A DNA stretch of 64,000 bases, taken from Octopus vulgaris. Lineage: Eukaryota. Made by a program: the position numbers and the translations under genes. This document shows positions 42,275 through 57,420 of this stretch, in pieces (within the stretch, counting starts at the first letter, position 1; each line of letters begins with the position of its first letter). The notes under the pieces are model-generated. The model was not told the DNA's origin, ran no database searches, and saw only the letters and a program-made list of their open reading frames with translations. Where the stretch lies: NCBI GenBank assembly GCA_951406725.2, contig OX597828.1, forward strand, positions 7,874,001 through 7,938,000, written 5' to 3'.

Positions 42275-42499
42275 TTATTCAAGGATATACCTTCCATTAA
42301 ACTGTGAATTTATAAGTTTTTCTCTTCTTTATAGATACACTATGTAAGTGTCTAAATGACTGAACAGAGGTCCCTGACCTCAGGAAGTCTCTAGTGCGAA
42401 TCGTTGGCTTTTAGGATTTTTTCTTTCCTCGAGTGAAAATCGATATAATCGATTCTATATCCCATTGTTCCTCCAGATATCGATCCACGATAAGAGAGG

Positions 42500-44000
42500 A
42501 AAGAACATAACTGACACTGTCTGCTTTCAAATAACTAGAGTACTAAGACAGCGTGTGTGTAGATAAATCGTAAGTTCACACAGGTACTGTCTAAGAATAA
42601 TCTCAGCTTCAATGACAAGCCATGGTCTCTACTTGCAAGAAGAACTTGCGAAGTTCTCACCTGATTTCTTAATTATTGCTGTATTCGATCCAGTAGCCAG
42701 CTTCAAACATTAAAAGATGTTGAACTTCAAATGCTCGTTAAATTGCTTGCCTCGCGTAATTAAAAAGGACGGTACAAATTCCGAAAACTCTTACCTAGTT
42801 CAAAGTAAATTGATGAGGCAAATGTGCTTTGAATTTTTCTTTAGTGAATGGCCTTCATCGTCAGGTCATTTTACGCCGTATTAGAACCATGTTTTCAGAC
42901 ATCTTTGCACAGAGAATGATCGACCATTCATTGCCGAATAAATGTTTGGGAAGTAAAATTAATTGGATCCATGGTGTGAAAACTATCTCGGAAAATATCA
43001 AAAGATTTTATTAACAATACATCAATTTCAAAAAAGGAATAATTTTGGATTTGGCATTTCACTGCATATTGATTTAACAGGAACAAGATTTGAACTAGCG
43101 GTACAAGCAGTAATTCGACAAGCAACTTCGTTTTTAGAGAGTGTACGATGTAATCGATTAAAGCATAACAAATTTTTCTGTTAGTAATGTTCTTCATTTA
43201 GACCGCTCTGTGATTTTAACAAAGGACATTGCTTGCTGCCTCTCCGATCAGAATAAGGTCTCTATTTTTTCTTGCTTTTTTGCATTATTCGTTTTTAATC
43301 ATTTTGACACAGCTTTGTTCAGAATATACAGACATCAATTTATGCATTTCATCATGCGCCGGCACTTGATTATACTGAGCTGCATGAAAAACATGCAACA
43401 AATGTTGACTAAATCAAAATAAAAACTGGTTTACTATCAGAGAGACTAACCCAGCAAAATGACATAAAAAATCTGCGCATATCACACATTGCTTGATTCA
43501 GATTTTGTTTTGTATTGATAACAAATCTGTAAAGTGAGTAATATTCCAAAGAAGAATATTTCTTCCAGAAAGCCACCTCGTTTCAAAATGTACAGGCATG
43601 GAAGACCGTTGTTACTGAAGCAAATATTTTTCGGCTTCGTTTATGAAGTCAAAATCACATTCTTTATTCGTATTTTTATTACCTTGTAGACACCCTTTCA
43701 TATTACCATTTACATAGCCCAAATGACTGCTCGATAACCTAGAATCTCTGATCAAGGTTTTAAGTATTACGTGTTATTGATGGAGGCGGTGATGCACTAC
43801 ATATTTTTCTTCTGAGCTCGGCTTCTTTTCTGAACCACATTCATGACTGGATAAAAATCATATCCTGATTTTCATTATCTGTCATCAGGTATGTGCCCAT
43901 CTTTAAATTATTCGGCAGTTACATTTGATTCTGATTCCACTTCTGCCTGGAAGACACTGACAAACCTCAGGAAAAGTTCTTTAATAATTTCTTCGATTTT
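42500..44000 (-). mobile_element. Highly decayed piggyBac-like transposase relic
   Basis: Minus-strand fragments in the expected order: acidic N-terminus (AEVESESN..), LLNQYAVKCQ..FFEIDVLLIKSFDIF (like DQ..Y..KW..F..D..NS), KEKFKAHL and a C..IYLH tail; many stops. Confidence 0.35.
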
Positions 44001-44915
44001 GACATACAGATGCAATAAAAAAGATATGTATTAGATACGGCATGTGACCGACAGCTGTCACTGGAAAAAAATGCTTCGAGTCAGTCACAAATAATAACTT
44101 AATTTCTTTGACACAACCTTTCAGAAATTATTTTTCGTTTGTAGTGAGAAATATACAATGCTTTTCCAGTTTACATTTCTGCAAATATTCATATAATCTG
44201 AGGTCTAAATCAGATTTCTATTCGAAATACTGAAAGATTTAGTCACCACCATCTTTCAACTTATACTATTGATTCAGTAGAAATATGAATTCGATCTTAT
44301 ACATTTTCTCTTGATAGCATTTTTCTTTAAAGCATAAAATGCAAAAATAATCTGAATTACATGGATTTTAGCAATTCTCACAACCTAACATGGACAGATA
44401 TTGACTAACGAGGTTAGCCAAATTTCGCAGTCAAATTTCCCTTATATCATACCATAGCAACATCGAAACTGTGAAATATTCTTCCTATTTTTACTATTAC
44501 AAGAATGCAATTTAAAATGTTCTTGCCATTTCTAATGAATCAAGGAACCAACTTACATAAGCCTTTCAAAATTATGCTGACTAAATTTCTTAATCTCTAG
44601 GCAAGGAAGAACAAAATTAATGGAGAGAATGCTTTAGCGAAATATGAAAAATGCATCTGATTGGAATGTTCCGTACAATAAATGGCAGACACTTGTGTGA
44701 CTGACATATAAAAGTAGTAACGCCTGCAACTGAACAAAATTACTACAACTTGAATATCAACATTGAATACTTAACTTTATACGATGTATCAATAGCTGGA
44801 GACGGCAAAAGCGCTTACACACAAAATCCTTCCTCCATCAAGTTTGTGTGAATAAATTAGCTTTTAAAGTTTAATCGGATAATTTTTAATTTAAACTATT
44901 TCAAATATACACACA

Positions 44916-44917
<2 letters not shown>

Positions 44918-44994
<77 letters not shown>
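44918..44994. repeat. (TA)n microsatellite
   Basis: Pure TA run. Confidence 0.97.
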
Positions 44995-44999
<5 letters not shown>

Positions 45000-45429
45000 A
45001 TATATGTAAGTGTTAGTGTTTATATACATGTATGAGTGTGTGCGTTTGAGTCTGTGAGATGTATATGTATGTGCGTGTGCGTGTGATTGCGAGTGTGTAT
45101 GTGTATGTGCGTGCGTGTAATGTAAAGTTTGAACACAAAAATTTAAACCTCGCTTTGAAAAGAAAATAAAGTAGTTATAAACGGCGGTGCATCAGCATGG
45201 CCGCAGCTCTGAGCTGAAAAGAAAATACATCAAGAATTTATCTGCCTCGGAGCAGAATCGATCAAACTACAAGACTACATAAACCTTAATGGAAAATAAA
45301 GTCATCTTGTTCGTCTATAGCTCAATCCCTAATAGGTGAAGGGCATTATTATGAATTAACCACCTATAGGTAGAATCGTTAGCACGCCGAACGAAATGCT
45401 TAACGGCATTTTCTCCATCTTTACGTGTG

Positions 45430-45437
45430 CGCGTGTG

Positions 45438-45504
<67 letters not shown>

Positions 45505-45588
45505 TATATGTATGTATGTATATGGAAAAATAGATATAGCTACATATACACATATATAAACATACATACATACACACACGTATATACG

Positions 45589-45620
<32 letters not shown>

Positions 45621-45774
45621 TGTAAGCTTGCGCTTTTGCATATATGTTTATATATTCATGAGTGTGTGCGTGTATATACCATATATAACAATGCATATAG
45701 TATGTGAAATGTATGTATGTATATATATATGTATATATATATATAACAATGTGTATAGTATGTGATATATATGC

Positions 45775-45822
<48 letters not shown>

Positions 45823-45955
45823 CAATGTGTATAGTATGTGATATACGTATATATATATACACCTATATATATATATTTATACACACACAAACACACACAC
45901 ACATATACACATATACACATATACACATATATGCATGTATACATACATACATATC
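45430..45955. repeat. TA/CA microsatellite field with a three-copy higher-order unit
   Basis: AACAATGYRTATAGTATGTGA recurs near 45687, 45745 and 45821. Confidence 0.85.
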
Positions 45956-47999
45956 GGCGTGTTTTGTCGGCGTGTGCAGGTATTAGTTAAACATCAATGA
46001 CTATTTACTGACCCCCGACCTATCCATCATAATTTTATTATATACAACCAACCTCTATATATAACTGACAAAATTATGCCGCGACATATGTTCCCGTTTA
46101 TTTACAGCAGTAATATATCAATGTCAATTTTAGTGAAATGACACAATAGCTAACAACTTACGTCCTCTTATTTGGTCACTTTATTTCTCTTATTCATTTT
46201 TCTGAATTGGCATTAATATTTATTTAAGTCGGACAATCATTCATATATCTTATCTTGATATAACATGTCGTATCGTCTGAATAACAGCCATTATCTAATA
46301 TTTTTTCTTTGCGTATGAAAATAATTTTCAAATTCCAGTTTCTAATTACTCTTTAATACTTACTTAAATTTGTCCTTTAGCTGTTTACTATCCCTCTCTT
46401 AAATTCTATATAATCTTCTCTTTTCTTTTCTTTTTTCCTAATTTCCGCCCTTTGTTGACACTTGTAGTTACCTTCACGCTACAACGAAGAAACAGATGTA
46501 TTAAGTTTCAGGTGAAACACACAAGATCTTTTATGCTTCTTTTAACATTGAACATTTATCAGCTCCACTGCAGTTTTCAACGATATTCATACTTCATGCT
46601 CCAACGTTATTGTCGTTATCATCAACACCTTTTGAAATTCTCAGCTGTCACCCAGCAGCCCGCTTCACTGAATCGTCTCAGATGCACTCTAGCGACTAAC
46701 CTACTGTCCAGCGAACTACAAAGAAGTATTTAATACACAGCAGACTTACACTCGGATAATCTTTGATCAAAACACGAAATAAAGCGTATCTTTGTGTGTC
46801 GAAAAGTTGACAGAAACTATTCTACTCAGGTTTAATATAAAAACCACCTCAGTTTCAAAACTTTTACAATGTGATTTAACTACTCAATATAGACATTATT
46901 CATGTTGTCAATAATTGTGTAAGAAAAAAAATAACGATTTCTGCATCAAAAGTCATTCTACTTGAGCAGACATTTTGACGAGCAAAAAACCATGTTGCTA
47001 TTAAACCAGTTGGTTGACTCGAATATAGATAACACAGAGAAAAATAAGTCACATGATATCTCTTTATTGTAGCTAAGCTTACTCATCTTCTTTATTAATA
47101 TCCTATAATATTTAACTGCATGAAAGAATAAAATAATTTCTCAGACAGGCATGAAGCAGGAGAAACGTACAATTGGGTTATTGTTCAGTGATTCAATATA
47201 ACAGATCCGTCTCTTCTGCTAGATACGAACGCAAGATCTTGAAATCAAGTTTTCCGTCCATTATTTATCCTCTCTACCTAAAATCCTCAAGATTTTCATT
47301 ACGCTTGAACTGCCAGGTGATAAGCTTCAAATTTATAATATTTAACGAGAAAGTTCGCGAGAAGACCTGGCGTTCATGCCTTTCTTGATGAATATGATGA
47401 GAACGGTGACACAAAATGGCTTTAACTTATTGATTCAATTTGAGTTACAACTGCAATTTCATGTGAACTCGTTTTAGCTCAGCAAAATTGATTAGTAGAA
47501 GTTAGAAAATAGATAAATGTAAAGATGTTTGATCAGATATCAATGATTTATTGAAATGTTACACAAGCTTAGTCTACTTTATTCAAGCACAACTGTGATA
47601 AATGCATTATATTCTATTAAAAGGAATATGCAGGAGATTAAGCTTAACTTAACAAACAATACTTTTAATTCATAGTCTACTATAGCTTCAATTAAATGTT
47701 GAATGTTTGATAAGTTCGGAATATTGAAACTATGCCACTAATAGACTGAATTTACAGAATTCGTATCAGCACTTTCGCGTCTTTCTTTGATTGTATTAGT
47801 TTTTCAAACATTTCATAGCATAAACTAGTGGCATCAATTATTCTAAATATGAACGTTAACCTCTGTCTGTAGCAATGCGAGCGTAATCGATATGTGAAGT
47901 AGCTATAATAAATTCACTATTCGGCCAACCAGTATATATATTTGCATTTGCATTGTGTTTTGAATATTTCAACAAATATTTGTAGATATTCAAGAATTC

Positions 48000-48560
48000 A
48001 AAATTACCCGCAATCGACACCATCCTCCAGGACATTCCCCTATTAAAAAGGGATCACAGAATGAATTTAATCCTCCAAACGCACACCATCATAAAGAGCA
48101 AAAGACAGCCCAAATCTATGAAAAGTCTCCTAACACAAACCCAAGTACGTTCGACAACAACACTGAAGCCGTCTGTAAAAAATGCGGAATACCTAACTGT
48201 GGTATATGCGTTAACCTAATTGAAAGATCAGAAATCTCTTCCAAACATAGTCAACGTTTTATAGTGAAAATCAACTTCACGTGCGCTTCGGAGACTCAGA
48301 TATATGCATTAACTTCTTCTGGGTTTCGAGAGAAATACATAGGCCAAACCAAAAACAATCTATGTCAAAGGATGCTTCTACATAGAACCCAGATCAAAAT
48401 TCAGAAATACAGAATTCAGAAATCGTTTGTGCCAATAACAAACAAACCAGCTCCAGAATGTTCTCCTCTATCAATTCAAGGACGATGCAAACTAGTCAGC
48501 ACATTAGTGAAATATCTATCACAAAATACAAACCCCTTTTGAATACGTCCACCACAAATG
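48000..48560 (+). mobile_element. Penelope-like element 3' relic encoding a GIY-YIG endonuclease fragment
   Basis: IIKSKRQPKSMKSLLT..KKCGIPNCGICVNL..INFTCASETQIYALTSSGFREKYIGQTKNNLCQRMLLH: Cys motif plus IY..YIGQT..LxxRxxxH. Confidence 0.88.
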
Positions 48561-48760
48561 ACACTATTACAAGGGCCTTAGAATAATATCCACGCAAATA
48601 TTAAAAGCGATATATTCAGAACAGTCACTACCCATGAATTTATTCAGAACAATTCCAATCACTACTATTACAACCACAACGGGTCACTTTTAGCTTTTAG
48701 GTCACTTGACCATTTAAGAGGGTTCCACCAACATCCTACTACTGTCATACCCCTCCCGCA

Positions 48761-48832
48761 TTCTTCTTCTTCTTCTTCTTCTTCTTCTTCTTCTTCTTCT
48801 TCTTCTTCTTCTTCTTCTTCTTCTTCTTTTTC
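48761..48832. repeat. (TTC)n microsatellite
   Basis: Directly visible. Confidence 0.95.
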
Positions 48833-49636
48833 ACCGCCACTTCCTTTCTCAACTACTACTGCTGCTTAAACAATCACAAACAAGAATTCATATCAAATAT
48901 TAGGACTACTACTACCTGCTGCCCACTACCTAGAACTCACATGAGTAAAAGAGAGAGACAAAAGTAGACAGAAATAATGAAAACCTCCCTTGCATTTGAA
49001 AACTATGGAAATATTTTAAAAATCATTTCATTTAATTTTTTCCACAATTTAATTGTTTTCCATGCTTTACTCTTAGTTGAAAAAACCGTAAAAACTGAAA
49101 CCTGTACTAAAATGTTCTTCATGATAAAATCATTTTAGCTTTAAGTACCATGTCTTATTTTCCTTATATATATGACAATCATAAAGAGACAAAGAAAATT
49201 CTTTACCACGTCTTTAACAGTTGTTTCTGTACCTGTTCTATTTGCAGAAATTTGAAGGGAAAATGCACGTAATGTTTGCGGTTTTAGACATTACAAAGGT
49301 CCTTCATTAGACTTACATACCTAGAGAGAAAGGGAAAGAGAGAAAGAAAGAGAGAAACGAACACACAGACGTTCAGAAATACATACATATACATAATATA
49401 CATATAAACACATACCCATACCTATGTATGTATGTGAATGATTTTGTCACTAACAAAAATAAAGTAATATTCAATGTCCTTAAAATTGTACAATATAGCA
49501 GTAAACTTATTCAATCGTCCGTACATACTTTGCTCAGTTGCCTGGGGGCTCCAAGCATTGGGCTGTATAAACGGTAAGGCCTTACACGTACTCTGCTTGA
49601 ATCCCCGACCCAGCTGCCACTTACGCACACACGCAC

Positions 49637-49688
<52 letters not shown>

Positions 49689-50125
49689 GTTAGTATATAT
49701 ATATATATATACACACACACATATATACATATATACATACATATATACATGCATACACACATATATATATATATAAATATATATATATATAATCTCCTTT
49801 AGAGAGACTTAGAAATTTTAATATTTCTATATATATATGTATATATGTATATATTATATATATATATGTGTGTATATGTGTGTTTGTGCATGCGCATATA
49901 TGCATAGAAACTTCATGAGTGTACGTGTTTGTGCAAATACAGTGTGTGTGTTTGTGTGTGAGTGTGTGTGTGTGTGTGTGTACGTGCGTGTGTGTATAGG
50001 GACAGTTGTACATACATTGGTATTATATGCTGCATAACAAATCTATATTCATGCATCCATGCAAATATATATATATGAAAAGAATTCAAGTGTATTTTGC
50101 TACATTACACACAACTACATTAAAA

Positions 50126-50161
<36 letters not shown>

Positions 50162-50671
50162 TACATACACACACAAACAAACAGACACACTATTGTCAAC
50201 GATTTGCGCCAATTTCCTATAAAAAATGTTTGTTCGAATTGCATGAACGAATAATGCTCCAGGAAATTTTAAGCATAAATTGAAGTATTTTAAGGATTAA
50301 ACAGATTGTGTGATGAAGTTTATAATGATGTAATTTCTTTATTTAAACCGGAAATTTATAATCATTTGGTTTAAATCCCTTTTGCTTCAACGCAAAAAGG
50401 AGACAGGCTGTCGACGTTTCGTTCTCTACTACGCTCTTGACAATCATATATTCTTGAGGTGCATCTCACAATCAATTCTTTTATCATCATAAATACAAAT
50501 ATTTGATGAAATACTGTCATAGATGAAATACGTATACGCTCATATCACAATATGTGTGCCTGTGTATGTGTGTGTGTGTTTCTTGGGGTATGATCTGCTC
50601 ACTGAAATTTATATGTATCACATATATAGTGTTATATTGTACTGTGTTATATGAAATTATTTAGTTAACAT

Positions 50672-50850
50672 ATCTATTATATAAAATCCGTTCTGTCTGT
50701 CTGTGTGTGTGTCTTCTAGGATCTTGGGTATCTTCTATCTGATTGAGCTCAAATTTGATATGTAGATACCGATGGTATCAGGGCGTGTATATGTCTTGAA
50801 AAAATTACAAAAATCGATTCCAGGTGAGAATGCGATCGACAAAGCCGTTT
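50672..50850 (+). mobile_element. Non-autonomous Helitron/HINE-like 5' portion
   Basis: TCTATTATATAAAA start, then a (TCTG)n(TG)n tract and CTGATTGAGCTCAAATTTG, the layout of DINE/HINE-type elements. Confidence 0.45.
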
Positions 50851-50995
50851 TTGTCCTGCTTTTCTTCCGCCAACCTGTACATAACTGCACCTTCCATTTT
50901 TTGCTGTTTTTGTACTGCTTAAAGGCCCGTTTCTTTCCTGCCAAGCTTACTGCTTAAACAATGTTTGTGTTCTACCAGTCAACAGCCTTATCATT
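50850..50995 (-). mobile_element. Short decayed LINE ORF2 fragment
   Basis: Minus strand W*NTNIV*AV..KKRAFKQYK resembles the WWxxE..KKRAF linker of RTE/CR1 ORF2. Confidence 0.4.
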
Positions 50996-51559
50996 GCTGG
51001 TGCTTTAAACTCTTCGGTTGCATATTTGTGTGAATAAAATCGTTTTTCTTTGGAATAGAAAAAAGTCTGTCTTTATTTCTCCTTTTGCTGGTGTCTCAAA
51101 TTTAGGATATATCAGTGTTTCTCAAAGGGGAGGCCTATGGGACGGTCAGAGAAGTTGTTTTGAGAAAATTTGCTTTTATATGTTTGACAACTCGGGGGCG
51201 TTTTGCTCGTATGTATATATATATTAAATGTGGTTTGCATTCGGTAGTATGTATACATGCATATACGTATCAAAGCATATCTACATATATTTATATGCGG
51301 TGTATTATCTAATGCCGTGTTACACGCATTATCGTAAACTGTTTTACTTTTATATTTAAGACACTTATGTATTCTTTTTATTGTATTTTTCTTGTAATTT
51401 CTTCCATTTTTACATATTGAGTGCACGGTACGTATGACAAACTCAGCATATGTATATGTACGACGGATACAGAAGAGATAATAAAAAACGGTCTTGGCTT
51501 TTTTAATTAAATGACGTGTCATTCAAATTGCTCATTTTGATAGAATAACTCTTCCTCTA

Positions 51560-52330
51560 TACATGGTACACAGCATAGGTCCATTGCAAACAATGCTTTT
51601 ATGTTGTCGTTGAAAGCCAGCTTCCGAATCATCTTCGAAGAAATTCAAGTATACACTGTTGTACACACTTCTTAGCATCAAATTCCACCTCATTTGTGTC
51701 ATCTAGCTTGTACCCTCGAAGATTTTCCTTCATTAAGCCGATCAAGTAGCACATGGAGGGTGCAAGGTCTGGTCTGTACAGTGGATCTGGTCTGTCCAAT
51801 GAAGATAGCGTTTTGAAGACTGCCTGATTTGTTGCCATTTATCTCCCTCCTATTGGTTGCATTCAACTGTTTATGTCTCTATGAAGCACACCCTGTTCAC
51901 ATGTCAGCTATGCTCCAGAAATTCAGGCTAAGGTGAATGATTGTCATCTCCAATGTTGTCGCCATGTCTTTCTCTGCCGATCAGCCGGCTCTTAAAATTC
52001 TTAGGTCTTGCAAAAGTGTCAGAAAGTCATTCTATGAACGTAGTTGTCGTATCCAGTACATGAAAATACGCATCCATTCTATCCCCTGTCACCAGATCGG
52101 CAAAAAATAAAACGTGTCTTCATTGGCTTCAAATGTTTCCAGCTTATCAGATGAGACATTGAAATCAGATGTTAACTGCCACCATTTTGTTCACAATTTT
52201 CTGCATATAATCTTACACCGTCTTCAGTAAAACATTATTGGAATCATATTTCAGTTGTACAGCAGTCTATGACTCGTCTGTCTGACTGAGTGAATATGTC
52301 CATTAACTGACGAGTCGAGTCAGTAGTCAC
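51560..52330 (-). mobile_element. Old mariner transposase relic
   Basis: DPLYRPDLAPSMCYLIGLMKENLRG (like HPPYSPDLAPSDYHLFG) and upstream LVTGD near 52085. Confidence 0.75.
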
Positions 52331-52481
52331 AGTTGATGGTCTCACATTACCTGGTTTCTCTTCAATACATGTTTTCCCTATTTTAAAGTTATTTATCCCT
52401 CTGTTCACATTGTTCTAGTCAATGGCATGAACTCTGTAAAATATATGTGGCCTTCTGTGGATGTCAGATAGCCTACACCTC

Positions 52482-52690
52482 TGTGGAGGCGTGTGGCTCA
52501 GTGCTTCGAGTGTTGGACTCCGTTGTATTCATGAACAAAGCACTCTATTTCACGTTGCTCCAGTACACTCAGCTGAAAAAATTGAATAACCCTGTGACGA
52601 ACTGGCGTCCCGTCCACGTGGGGAATATAAACGCCATGAAAACTGGGAAACCGGCCCTATGATTATCTATGACTCAGGAAGGATGCCTGC
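52482..52690 (+). mobile_element. Decayed SINE with family-C-like head and family-D-like tail
   Basis: CACGTTGCTCCAGTACACTCAGCTG (C-like) followed by ACTGGCGTCCCGTCC..GGGAAACCGG (D-like). Confidence 0.6.
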
Positions 52691-52916
52691 GCCTCTCTTA
52701 CTTTAAGATCTTCAGGTCGACGAGCTACTTTTGATTTGAACCCATTATTTTCCTGTAATGAACAAAAACAACAGTTGCAACACGAATGATTTATGTTAGT
52801 AAATAAAGAAAGGTCAAACAAACTTATTTTCAGTACAACACACTTATTGTAGTTGTAGAATATGTACATACAGTGTATATTGTTTACAATACATTATATA
52901 TTACATATCTCTTTTA

Positions 52917-53125
52917 AGGCGGTGAGCTGGCAAAATCGTTAGCACGCCAGGCGAAATGTATAGCGGTATTTCGCCTGTCTTTACGTTCTGAATTGAAATT
53001 CCGCCGAGGTCGACTTTGCCTTTCATCCTTTCGGGGTCGGTAAATTAAATACGAGTTGCGTACTACGGTCGATCTAATCGACACGCTCCCTCAAAATTTC
53101 AGGCCTTGCGCCTATAGTAGAAAAA
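52917..53125 (+). mobile_element. SINE family A monomer with alternative tail
   Basis: Head and core present; tail AAATTTCAGGCCTTGCGCCTATAGTAGAA. Confidence 0.88.
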
Positions 53126-54419
53126 TTGTCTTTTCTATGGGATGCATATTTTGTAGAATATATTTTATTATTCATATTACAAGAGAGTTTAGTTTACTTC
53201 AGATCCTCCTGCATTTCATTTTGCTATGTAATTACATATTATATAATTGTTTATATAATTTTTGTTATATTGATGATTTTTATTAGTTATTCAGGGATAG
53301 AAAGGCATCTGATAGTCTGCTTAGAATTTTCAGGACCTGCGAGGAAGTTAGAAGGAAATGAACAAACTACCCACATATTGAAGACCTGGTCCACACGGTG
53401 CTGCAAAACCGGACGACGGAGTAAGTTAACTGACAAAACCTTAAGACGCAAATTTCTACAACAGATAGCGTGAAACAACAGGCTTTGACGTTATAAATCC
53501 TCTTTTACCCCACCGTTGTGGACTAGAACTTTCACTACCCCCCCCACACACACAAACACACACACACACACACACAAACGTACACACATGTTAGTCAAGG
53601 ATTATGAGAGGTTAAGAGATATTCATTTTTCTATATGGTTACAGCCGTTTCGTAACCTTCTGCTTGTAACATTAATTTCAATGTGCATGTTAGGATCAAT
53701 ATGTATGCATATGCATGCTCAGTAGTATGTAATACAGAAATCTAACTCATTATTTCACCAGAAGATCAAGGTTACATCTATGTTATACACTCTAGAATAA
53801 TGCTACAAACCAACAATTTTGATCATGGGGATACTTTTAAAGCTCAACTTCTCTCGTTTGACACGAGTAAACTCAGGAAGTTCAATTAAAATTTTATCGC
53901 AGTATTACGATGCATTATCTTTACTACTTCCTTCATGAAACTCGTGGCCTCTATAAGGCAAATGCTTACATTGCCCATTGGTACGAATTTACAGGTACGA
54001 ATGTGAGTGAAGAACTGGCTTGAATCCGTTCTCTTATATTCCAAGTAGAATTTGTGAGAAGCCTTCCACTTAAGTCACCGGCTCGGAAGACGATCCACAT
54101 AGTCCAATCCCCCGATATATCCATTAAAAGTGGAACATATGGTACTAGAATTAAATGGTGGAGTTGGGCCTAGTCCAATTTGAACTCACATTGAAGGCGT
54201 TCACGAATAATCATAGTAACACTATTAATCGGCACCATAACATTTTGGTTAATATGCGTAAGAATGTTCATATAAATATTAGTTTCTTATATACTCAATA
54301 ACAAATTGATATTAATCTAAATACACGTGTAAAGAAGTAAAGTTTAAAAAACTAACAAAAAGAAAACTAACAAATCAAAGAGAGAATTTCACGAGAAATG
54401 AAGTTACATATACAGTCCT

Positions 54420-54616
54420 TACATATGTATGCATGTATATGCATATATATAGAGTGCTTGTATGTATATGTGTATGTATGCATGCATATATGTATGTATT
54501 CATGTATGTGCATATGTATATGTATGCAAGTACCTATCTATCTCTATATATACATACATACATACACACATTCACTGAAACCTATACCCATACACTGTTA
54601 CTTGTATATACGTATA

Positions 54617-54651
<35 letters not shown>

Positions 54652-54849
54652 TCGTGGTTGCGTGTGTGTGTTTGTGTGTGTGCCTAGATATATTCATTGA
54701 TAGTAAAACTAGATGCATTTGCTCGGACATATATAGGTAGATATATAGTATTTACTGTAAATATACGATATCTAAGTATATATGTATGTATGTATGTTTG
54801 TATGTATTTATGTTTCTATGTATCTATCTATCTACCTATCTATCTATCT

Positions 54850-54880
<31 letters not shown>

Positions 54881-54963
54881 AACACATACATACGCATATA
54901 TATATATACAGACATACATACATACATAGATATACACGCCTACATATACATACATATGAACAC

Positions 54964-55018
<55 letters not shown>

Positions 55019-55751
55019 GACATATGTATATATAAATCTCCGAGTGTGTGTGCGCGCGCGCGCGTGTGAGTGTTGATAAAACGATGGCAAAATAGAAGTA
55101 AATAAACAGATAAACAGAGATGCGAAGAGAGAGAAACAGTCGACGTGGAGATACAGATATAAAAAGGAAAAAAAAAAAGATTCGACGGCCATAGACTAGA
55201 AGGAGAGTAAGATAGATGCAATGAAATGTAGCAAAATGTTGAGAAGTTAAATAAATGGATTGTATTATTGCTAATATTTTAGTTTACACTCCATTAAATT
55301 TCGTCTTCCATGTAAACATTTTATGAGAATAAAACATCGAAGGAAAACCGTGAAGTATACAAAATACATAGTGCTGTATATGTAATATAGGTAAGTCTTG
55401 TCTTTCATATATTCACGTGCTCATGCGCATTTGTATATATATATATATATATGGATGTGTATGCTTACATGTGTTCATGCACAAATGCACGTTCACACAC
55501 ACACACGCACATATATATATATATGTATATATGCAGGCTAAAGGACATACACATTGACATATTTGTAAATAAAAAAAGTATGTGCTTTAAGTATATGTGT
55601 GTGTACATATATGAATAGATATATACAGACACACATATACACACACATATATGTATGTAGATACATATATATATATATATATATATATAAATTTATATGT
55701 AAATATATGACTGTATGTAGAGATACATAGATACATATATATATATGTACA

Positions 55752-55835
<84 letters not shown>

Positions 55836-56468
55836 AACACGTACATACTTATGCATATATATGCACAAATGTACGTACACGCCTACACAGATATATTTTT
55901 CCCGTAAAAATCTTTATAGGCAATCGTATAGTCACTCATTCATATATAAATGTGTGTTTGTAAATATGATATAAACTATATATACATACATATATATATA
56001 TATATATGTCTATATACAGCATGCTAAAAACAGATGTTATGTGTGTGTTTGTGTGTCTGTGCGTGTCTCTCTCTATATGCTTATATATTAAAATATTTAC
56101 ATAATACAGATAAAGATATATAAGATAGATGGCTAGTAGATGGATGGATAGATATTGAGATAAAGATGCGTATTAATATATAGCATCAAGCGGTGCAGAT
56201 ACTATTGCTTTAATGCCGACATTTACTTGATGGCTATATTGGAGCGTTTTAAATGCGTTTACTATCCCTGGCTGCTCTTTCATCTTGAAACATAGATCAC
56301 TATTTTATCACTGAATTTCAACAAATCATTTGAAATTGTCATTTACGTTTTATCTACTTCCACAACCATCTCCGTCGACGAACACTTGCATAGGTAAATA
56401 TAAATGCATACTAACATGTCTGCGTACATAGGTTCATACACACAGTAGTTATATATATATATACACAT

Positions 56469-56541
<73 letters not shown>

Positions 56542-56818
56542 TATATAAGTACTCATATACATACAAATACACACACACATATATCCATATACATACACAC
56601 ATACTTATGTATATTCATATATATATATGAATATATGTATATGCAAGTATGTAAAAGTATCTATACAGAGAGAGGGAGTGTGAGAGAGAGAGGAGACACA
56701 TACACACATATGTATATATATATGTATGCATATATTATATATATATATATATAGAAAGAGAGAGAGATAACTATATATATATATATACAAGTATATATAT
56801 ATGTATATATATATACAA

Positions 56819-56873
<55 letters not shown>

Positions 56874-57282
56874 GATACACAAACACGTACACATACACAC
56901 GGACGAAAAAGAAGAGAGAGATAGGGGAGGAGAGAAGTAACATGTACATGAATCAATGCATAGAAAAAAGAAGAGAATTGCATATGAAGATGCAATTCTC
57001 AAACTTGTCTTTTCAAACACGACAAATCGTTATTTATATAAGCAGAAAGTTATTAAAAATGAAATATACTGGTTTATGCATAGCCTAGATTTTATGGAGT
57101 TCTCTAAAAATTCCGCGCTTTCGGGTTCGAAATTGGCCAAATGTATTTGACTGTAATTTCGTGTTCAACATTGGGGTGCGATTTCGACCGTTGATGTAAC
57201 TTTAACGCTTCGGTGATCGAATAAGTTAACTTTCTCTATTTACCCTAATTTTGTAATAGGGCTATATATTGTATAACGCTGA

Positions 57283-57354
<72 letters not shown>

Positions 57355-57420
57355 ATAGATAGATAGATAGATATAGATATATACACATATATATACATAC
57401 ATACATTGATGTATATATGT
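54420..57420. repeat. Series of TA/CA/GA compound microsatellites with unique spacers
   Basis: Directly visible. Confidence 0.85.

Noticed and set aside
44200-44800. Possible hAT transposase C-terminal relic
   Set aside because: Similarity is too faint to support
52190-52230. Minus-strand CTGAAGA..GAAA hammerhead candidate; similar hits near 12431 and 43870
   Set aside because: No convincing stems I, II or III
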